Made by a program: the position numbers and the translations under genes | Notes under the pieces: model-generated | What the model was told of the DNA's origin: nothing | Databases searched by the model: none | Seen by the model: only the letters and a program-made list of their open reading frames with translations | Shown: in pieces, positions 57,769 to 64,000 of the stretch | How the letters are laid out: every line of letters starts with the position of its first letter | Position numbering within the stretch: position 1 is the stretch's first letter | Origin: Planctomycetota bacterium | GTDB taxonomy: Bacteria; Planctomycetota; UBA11346 | Direction of reading: 5' to 3' | Assembly: GCA_038231435.1 (NCBI GenBank) | Contig: JBBRLJ010000015.1 | Coordinates: 1-64,000, forward strand | DNA: 64,000 nucleotides

Positions 57769-59218
57769 GCGCCGCAGTCGCCGTGGATGCCATGCCGGCC
57801 GCGCGATCGCCATCTGTCTGGCGATCGGGATGACGTTTGCGTGCGCCACCCAATGCGGCGCCGAGGACGCAGCGGATCCCGCCGCTCCCGCGTCGAGGTC
57901 CAAGGCGATGCCGGCGGCGCTCGCCGCTCCGCAGCCATGGACTTTCACCGTCGACAGCCTGGCGATGGATCTGCGCGTGTCGCTCGACCGAAGAGCTTCC
58001 GGCACTCCCAGCACTCCCAGCACTCCCGGCACGTCCGGAGAGAAGCTTCCAGTGCTGCTCCAGCCCGACCACCATCTGGTGCTGGCGACCGCGCTGCCGA
58101 TGGACGTCGCGGTGCTGCGCGCCAGCAACATGGTCTTCGCGCCGATCACCACCGATACCGGCGAGCGCCTCGGGCTGCTGCTCAGGCCGGCGAACCGCAC
58201 CCAGAGCTTCGCTGTGGACCACGCCTTCAACCGCGATCGGCAGCTGAAGATCACGCTCGACCTGACGCCGCCTTGGCGTCCGTGCGCGCGTCTGATCGGC
58301 CTCACCGGCGCGGTGACGCTGACGGTGGCCTCGGGCAAGCGCCGCGAGGGGGCCATGCGCGCCACCGTGGGTTCGGTGGTCCGCGCCGAGGGGATTGGCT
58401 CCGCCTCGCTCACCGAGAGCTCCGCCAAGAGCATCACCCTGGTGCTCTCGCGCGATCTCGCTGACCGCCTGTCGGGCATCTCGGCGCGCGACGCGGGCGA
58501 CCAGGAGCTCCCTGGCAAGCCCAGGGAACTCACGCGCGACCTGGCGACGGTGAAGCTGGCCCTGGATGTCGCCACCGAACGCTGCGAGCGCGTCGTCGTC
58601 AGCTGGTTCCCGGATCTCGAGGATCGCCGCATCGCCGTGTCGATCCCCGCGATCGAGATCCCAGGCGGCATGCCCGGGATCGGCGCGCTGGCCGAGGCCG
58701 TCCCGGCGTTTCCGGCGTCGCCGCCAGCGTCGCCGAAGGCCCCGGTGCTGAAGCTGCCGTTGCACCTGGCGATCGTCGCCGGTGACGCCAGCGAGGTGGC
58801 GCGGCTCATCGATCACGGCGCCGACCGCGAGGCCATGGACGCCGATGGCAGACGGCCGCTGCACCGCGCGGTGGCGCTGGGCCAGGCCGAGGTCGTCCGA
58901 GCGCTCATCGAACGCAAGGTCGATGTCGATGCCCGCGCGCGAGACGGCTCGAGCGCCTTGCAGCTGGCCGCGGGCTCTATCGGCATGACCTCGGCGCTGA
59001 TCGCCGCCGGAGCGAAGGTCGGCGGCGTGGCGCCGGGCAACGGCTGGACGGCGCTGCACAGCGCGGTGGCCGCCGGCGACGCGGCCTCGGTCACGGCGCT
59101 GATCGCCGCTGGCGCGGATCCTGCGGCCACCGCCAAGGACGGGCGATCGAGCCTGGACCTGGCGCGCGACCAGGGACGCTGGCGCCTGCTGCGGGCCATG
59201 CTCGGCAACCCCGACTGA
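57758..59218 (+). CDS. Exported protein with C-terminal ankyrin repeats
   Basis: PLHLAIVAG, GRRPLHRAVALG, GSSALQLAA, GWTALHSAVAAG, GRSSLDLA. Confidence 0.85.
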   Translation: MISERRSRRGCHAGRAIAICLAIGMTFACATQCGAEDAADPAAPASRSKAMPAALAAPQPWTFTVDSLAMDLRVSLDRRASGTPSTPSTPGTSGEKLPVLLQPDHHLVLATALPMDVAVLRASNMVFAPITTDTGERLGLLLRPANRTQSFAVDHAFNRDRQLKITLDLTPPWRPCARLIGLTGAVTLTVASGKRREGAMRATVGSVVRAEGIGSASLTESSAKSITLVLSRDLADRLSGISARDAGDQELPGKPRELTRDLATVKLALDVATERCERVVVSWFPDLEDRRIAVSIPAIEIPGGMPGIGALAEAVPAFPASPPASPKAPVLKLPLHLAIVAGDASEVARLIDHGADREAMDADGRRPLHRAVALGQAEVVRALIERKVDVDARARDGSSALQLAAGSIGMTSALIAAGAKVGGVAPGNGWTALHSAVAAGDAASVTALIAAGADPAATAKDGRSSLDLARDQGRWRLLRAMLGNPD

Positions 59219-59297
59219 ATCCACGCCCACACCTATCCTCTCAATCCCACCCACTCGATTCACGTACGTCACACGACCCTCGACGGAGACTGGACCC

Positions 59298-60614
<1,317 letters not shown>

Positions 60615-60648
60615 GCCTCGCACCGCTCAACTACCGCGGAGCCGGTCC

Positions 60649-61527
60649 GTGACGCCAGGCGCCACCTACCGCTACCTGCCGCCGCACCTCGCTGATCGCC
60701 TGCACGGCACGTCGATCAGTGCGAAGCGCGCCATGGGCGGCGGCCTCCAGGGGCTGCATCGCTCCAGCCGCCATGGCGCTTCGGTCGAGTTCGCCGAGTA
60801 CCGTCCGTACGTGCCCGGCGATGCGCCGTCGCTGATCGACTGGTCGGTGTATGCGCGCACCGACAAGCATCTCATCCGCCGCTTCGAGGAGGAGACCAAC
60901 CTCACCGGCTTCGTGCTGCTCGACTGTTCGGCGAGCCTGGGCTGGAAGGGACGCGCGAGCCTCACCAAGCTCGAATACGCCTGCCAGCTGGCGGCGTCGC
61001 TGATGTACGTGCTGGTCAACCAGGGTGACCGCGCCGGCCTGGCCTCGTTCAGCGACCGCATCCTGCAGCGCCATGCGCCGTCCGGTTCCCCCGCCGGCCT
61101 GCGCCCGCTGCTGCTCGCGCTCGAAGGCGTTCAGGCCAGCGGCAAGGGCGACATCGCCGCCGCGCTGCACCAGGCCTGCGGCTTCCTGCCGCGGCGTTCG
61201 CTGGTGGTGGTGGTCTCGGACTTCCTCCAGCCGCCCACGCAGGTGCTCGGTGGCATCCGTCACCTGCACCACGACGGCCACGACGTGCGCGTCATGCACG
61301 TCGTCGACCGCGCCGAGCTCACTCTGCCCGAGGGGGGGCTGGTCGAGGTCACCGATCTCGAGACCGCCGAGCGGCTCGAGGTCGATCTCGACGAGATCCG
61401 CGAGGGCTACCGCGGATCGGTCGAAGCCCATCTCGACGAGGTGCGGCGCGGCTGCCTCGGTTGTCCGGCCGAATACCGCCTGATCGACACCGCCACGCCG
61501 ATCGAAGAAGCGTTGCGGGGGATGTGA
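60649..61527 (+). CDS. DUF58 (vWA-like) protein
   Basis: GLHRS..HGASVEFAEYRPYVPGD..IDWSVYART, DCSAS, VVSDF. Confidence 0.92.
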   Translation: MTPGATYRYLPPHLADRLHGTSISAKRAMGGGLQGLHRSSRHGASVEFAEYRPYVPGDAPSLIDWSVYARTDKHLIRRFEEETNLTGFVLLDCSASLGWKGRASLTKLEYACQLAASLMYVLVNQGDRAGLASFSDRILQRHAPSGSPAGLRPLLLALEGVQASGKGDIAAALHQACGFLPRRSLVVVVSDFLQPPTQVLGGIRHLHHDGHDVRVMHVVDRAELTLPEGGLVEVTDLETAERLEVDLDEIREGYRGSVEAHLDEVRRGCLGCPAEYRLIDTATPIEEALRGM

Positions 61528-63737
61528 TGGGGGGTTTTGCGCTGCTCGGTGCGGGATGGATGTGGCTGCTGCCGTTGGCGGCGCTGCCGGTGATCTTCCA
61601 TTTCGCCTACCGCCAGCGGCGCAAGAAGCTGCCGATGCCGTCCCTGCTCTTCTTCCAACGCCTGGAGCCCCGTCTGCAGTCGCGCAAGCGGCTGCGCGAC
61701 ATCCTGGTGCTGCTGTTGCGCGCGCTGGCGATCCTGCTGGTGCTGCTCGCGCTCGCGCGACCGCTGTGGCAGGGGCTGGGCGGCGGAGGTCCGGCGGCGG
61801 TGGTGCTGGTGGTCGACAATTCGGCGTCGATGCGCGCATCCTCGCGCGGCGCCGTGACATCGGCCACGCGCCTGGCCACCGCACTCGACGCCGCCGGCGC
61901 GCTGGTCGCGAACCTCGGCGCGCGTGATCGCGCCGGCATCGTGCTGAGCGTGCCCGACACCTGGGTGCCGGCGCTGCCCGAGCTGACGAGCGACCGCGCG
62001 CGGCTGCGCGCGGTGCTCGACCAGGTACGCGAGACCGACGCCTCGGGCGAACCCAGCGCGGCGATCACCCGCGCCGCGGCGCTACTCGCCGCCGACTCGT
62101 CGTCGCGCCGCGAGATCCACGTCTTCACCGATCTGCAGGAGCACGAATGGGGCGCGAGCCCGGCCGGTTCGCTCGAGCTGCCGCCCGGAACGGTGGTCAC
62201 CGTGCACCGCATCCTCGCCGGAGAGGCGCCGGTGAACGCGACGCTCGCCGAGCTGCGGCCATCCGATCGCGCCAGCCTCGCCGGTCGCCCGAGCCAGATG
62301 CGCGCTACGATCACCAATCCCGGCGGCAAGGACGCGGCCATCACCGTATCGGTCGCCGACGATTCGGGCCATCACCTCGCGCAGACCTCGACGGTGCCGG
62401 CGAAGGGCCGCATCGATCTCCCGGTCGCGATCCCGGCTGCCGCTCCGGGCATGCACTGGGCGCGGGTGTGGATCGATGGCGACCAGCTCGCCGGCGATAA
62501 CGACGGTTACATCGCCTTCCGCTGCGCCGCGAAGCGTTCGTTCGCGCTGGTGGGCGTGCGCAAGGATTTCGGCACCCTGCCGCTCGCGCTCGCGCCCGCG
62601 GCCGACGGCTCGCTGTCAGGGCTCGCCCCATCCTACATCGATGTCGCTGGGATGCGCGCCGCGCTGGAGGCCAAGCCTGTGCTGCTGGCGATCCCGTGGG
62701 ATGTGCTGCCCGCTCTCGATCCGGCACTGCTCGAGAGCGTCCGCGCGTACGTCGACCACGGTGGCCGCCTGCTGGTGGCTCCGCGTGCCACAGCCAATGC
62801 CAAAGGTAGTCAGCAGAATCCGCAGGCTCCACCGGCATTGCCGAGCTGGATCGGCGTCGCCGGCGCGGCGCCGGTCGGCAACGCCGCCGGCATCCCGCTG
62901 ATGGCGCTGGACGCACGCGCTTCGCTGTGGCGTGATCTGGTGGGCCCCGATGGCGCGGTGCGACTCGGCCGCGCGCGCGCGTTCGTCGCCCTGCCGCTGA
63001 CCTTCGATCAGGGCAACACCGGCGACAAGGGTGCGACCGGCGCGCTCGGCCTGGAGGACGGGCGGCCGATCATCGCTGAACGTACGCTCGGCGCCGGCGT
63101 GATCTATGTCTCGGGCATCGCCTTCGCTCCGAGCTGGAGCACCTTGCCGCTGCAGCCCGGATTCCTGGCCATCGCCCAGGCCATGGCGCTGCCGCCGGCG
63201 GGCTCTGATGCTGGCCTGCGCCTGCTCGCCGGCGAGGCGCCGCGGCTGCCCGCCGGCACCGTTACCGGGCCCGCGCGCGCGCGGTCGGTGGCGGGCGCGG
63301 CCTTCGACTGGCAGGGCGCCTCGGATGCGCCGGGCGGATTGCCGCCGTTCCCGCGCGCCGGCGTGTACGCGCTCTCGATCGGCGATCAGGAATTCGTGGT
63401 GTCGGTGCGCGCCTCTCCCGGCGAGGGCCTGCCCGGCTGCGTCGCTGGCGACACGGCACCGGCGCTCGGCGCGCTGCGCCACCGCGTCGAGGATTTCCAT
63501 GGCGGCGATGACATGGTCGCGGCCTGGCGGCGCGGCCGCACCGGGCTCGAGGCGATGCCGTGGCTCCTGGCGCTGGCGTTTGCGGCGGTGCTCGCCGAGG
63601 GCTGGCTCGCCAACCGCTCGCTGGTGCGGCCGCGCGCGGTCCAGTCATCCAGCGTTGGCATGCCCGCCGGTGCTGCCGGAGGCCTTGGCGGGGGTGCGGA
63701 CGGCAAGCCCGGCAGCGACAAGGGCAGAGCCGCATGA
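61527..63737 (+). CDS. BatA-domain + VWA membrane protein
   Basis: LPVIFH..PSLLF..LLLRALAILLVLLALARP (BatA); DNSASM MIDAS; VFTDLQ; C-terminal PWLLALA..AEGWL. Confidence 0.9.
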   Translation: MGGFALLGAGWMWLLPLAALPVIFHFAYRQRRKKLPMPSLLFFQRLEPRLQSRKRLRDILVLLLRALAILLVLLALARPLWQGLGGGGPAAVVLVVDNSASMRASSRGAVTSATRLATALDAAGALVANLGARDRAGIVLSVPDTWVPALPELTSDRARLRAVLDQVRETDASGEPSAAITRAAALLAADSSSRREIHVFTDLQEHEWGASPAGSLELPPGTVVTVHRILAGEAPVNATLAELRPSDRASLAGRPSQMRATITNPGGKDAAITVSVADDSGHHLAQTSTVPAKGRIDLPVAIPAAAPGMHWARVWIDGDQLAGDNDGYIAFRCAAKRSFALVGVRKDFGTLPLALAPAADGSLSGLAPSYIDVAGMRAALEAKPVLLAIPWDVLPALDPALLESVRAYVDHGGRLLVAPRATANAKGSQQNPQAPPALPSWIGVAGAAPVGNAAGIPLMALDARASLWRDLVGPDGAVRLGRARAFVALPLTFDQGNTGDKGATGALGLEDGRPIIAERTLGAGVIYVSGIAFAPSWSTLPLQPGFLAIAQAMALPPAGSDAGLRLLAGEAPRLPAGTVTGPARARSVAGAAFDWQGASDAPGGLPPFPRAGVYALSIGDQEFVVSVRASPGEGLPGCVAGDTAPALGALRHRVEDFHGGDDMVAAWRRGRTGLEAMPWLLALAFAAVLAEGWLANRSLVRPRAVQSSSVGMPAGAAGGLGGGADGKPGSDKGRAA

Positions 63738-64000
63738 GCATCCCCCTGGTCTGGCAGCCGCACGCGCCGGCATTGGCGATCGCCGCGCTGGCAATAGCGG
63801 CGGTGGTGTGGGTGTTCATGCTCACCCGCGTGCTGCGCCACCGCTGGGACGCGCGCGAGACCTGGTGGCTGCTCGCGCCGAAGTGCGCGGTGCTGGCCCT
63901 GCTGCTGGTCGCCCTCCTGGATCCGGCCTTCGAGCACGAGGACGCGTCGGGCGCGTCGCGCTCGCTGCTGGTGCTCATCGACCAGTCGAGCTCGATGGAC
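63734..64000 (+). CDS. Membrane vWA-type protein, partial (runs off the window)
   Basis: ATGA overlap; translation MSIPLVWQP...LALLLVALLDP...LLVLIDQSSSMD (DxSxS MIDAS); no stop before the edge. Confidence 0.8.
   Translation, partial: MSIPLVWQPHAPALAIAALAIAAVVWVFMLTRVLRHRWDARETWWLLAPKCAVLALLLVALLDPAFEHEDASGASRSLLVLIDQSSSMD

Overview
High-GC bacterial chromosomal segment. The gene repertoire (ECF sigma/FecR pairs, Hanks kinase, DUF4159/DUF58/BatA/MoxR operon, PA14 and PQQ-propeller exported proteins) suggests Planctomycetota or another PVC lineage; this is an inference. About 48 CDS are supportable: trpS, a peroxiredoxin, proteases and an ABC exporter, AraC plus GH4 alpha-galactosidase, a glycerophospholipid/beta-oxidation cluster (glpD, GDPD, thioesterase | fadD, thiolase, fadJ-type, acyl-CoA dehydrogenase, acyltransferase-esterase fusion), sugar-catabolic oxidoreductases, two ECF modules, a kinase-LRR-C-type lectin receptor and a long MoxR/vWA operon running off the right edge. 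No rRNA, tRNA, CRISPR array, transposase or integrase was seen. The most striking signal is non-coding. Eight full copies and one truncated copy of an intergenic element (core about 92-96 nt, two sequence subfamilies) keep the same three-way-junction fold with fixed bulges and many compensatory base-pair changes, GNA triloops on one strand and GTAG-tagged REP-like hairpins. Most copies sit within a few nt of a stop codon. All annotations come from reading motifs by eye; no database search was run.
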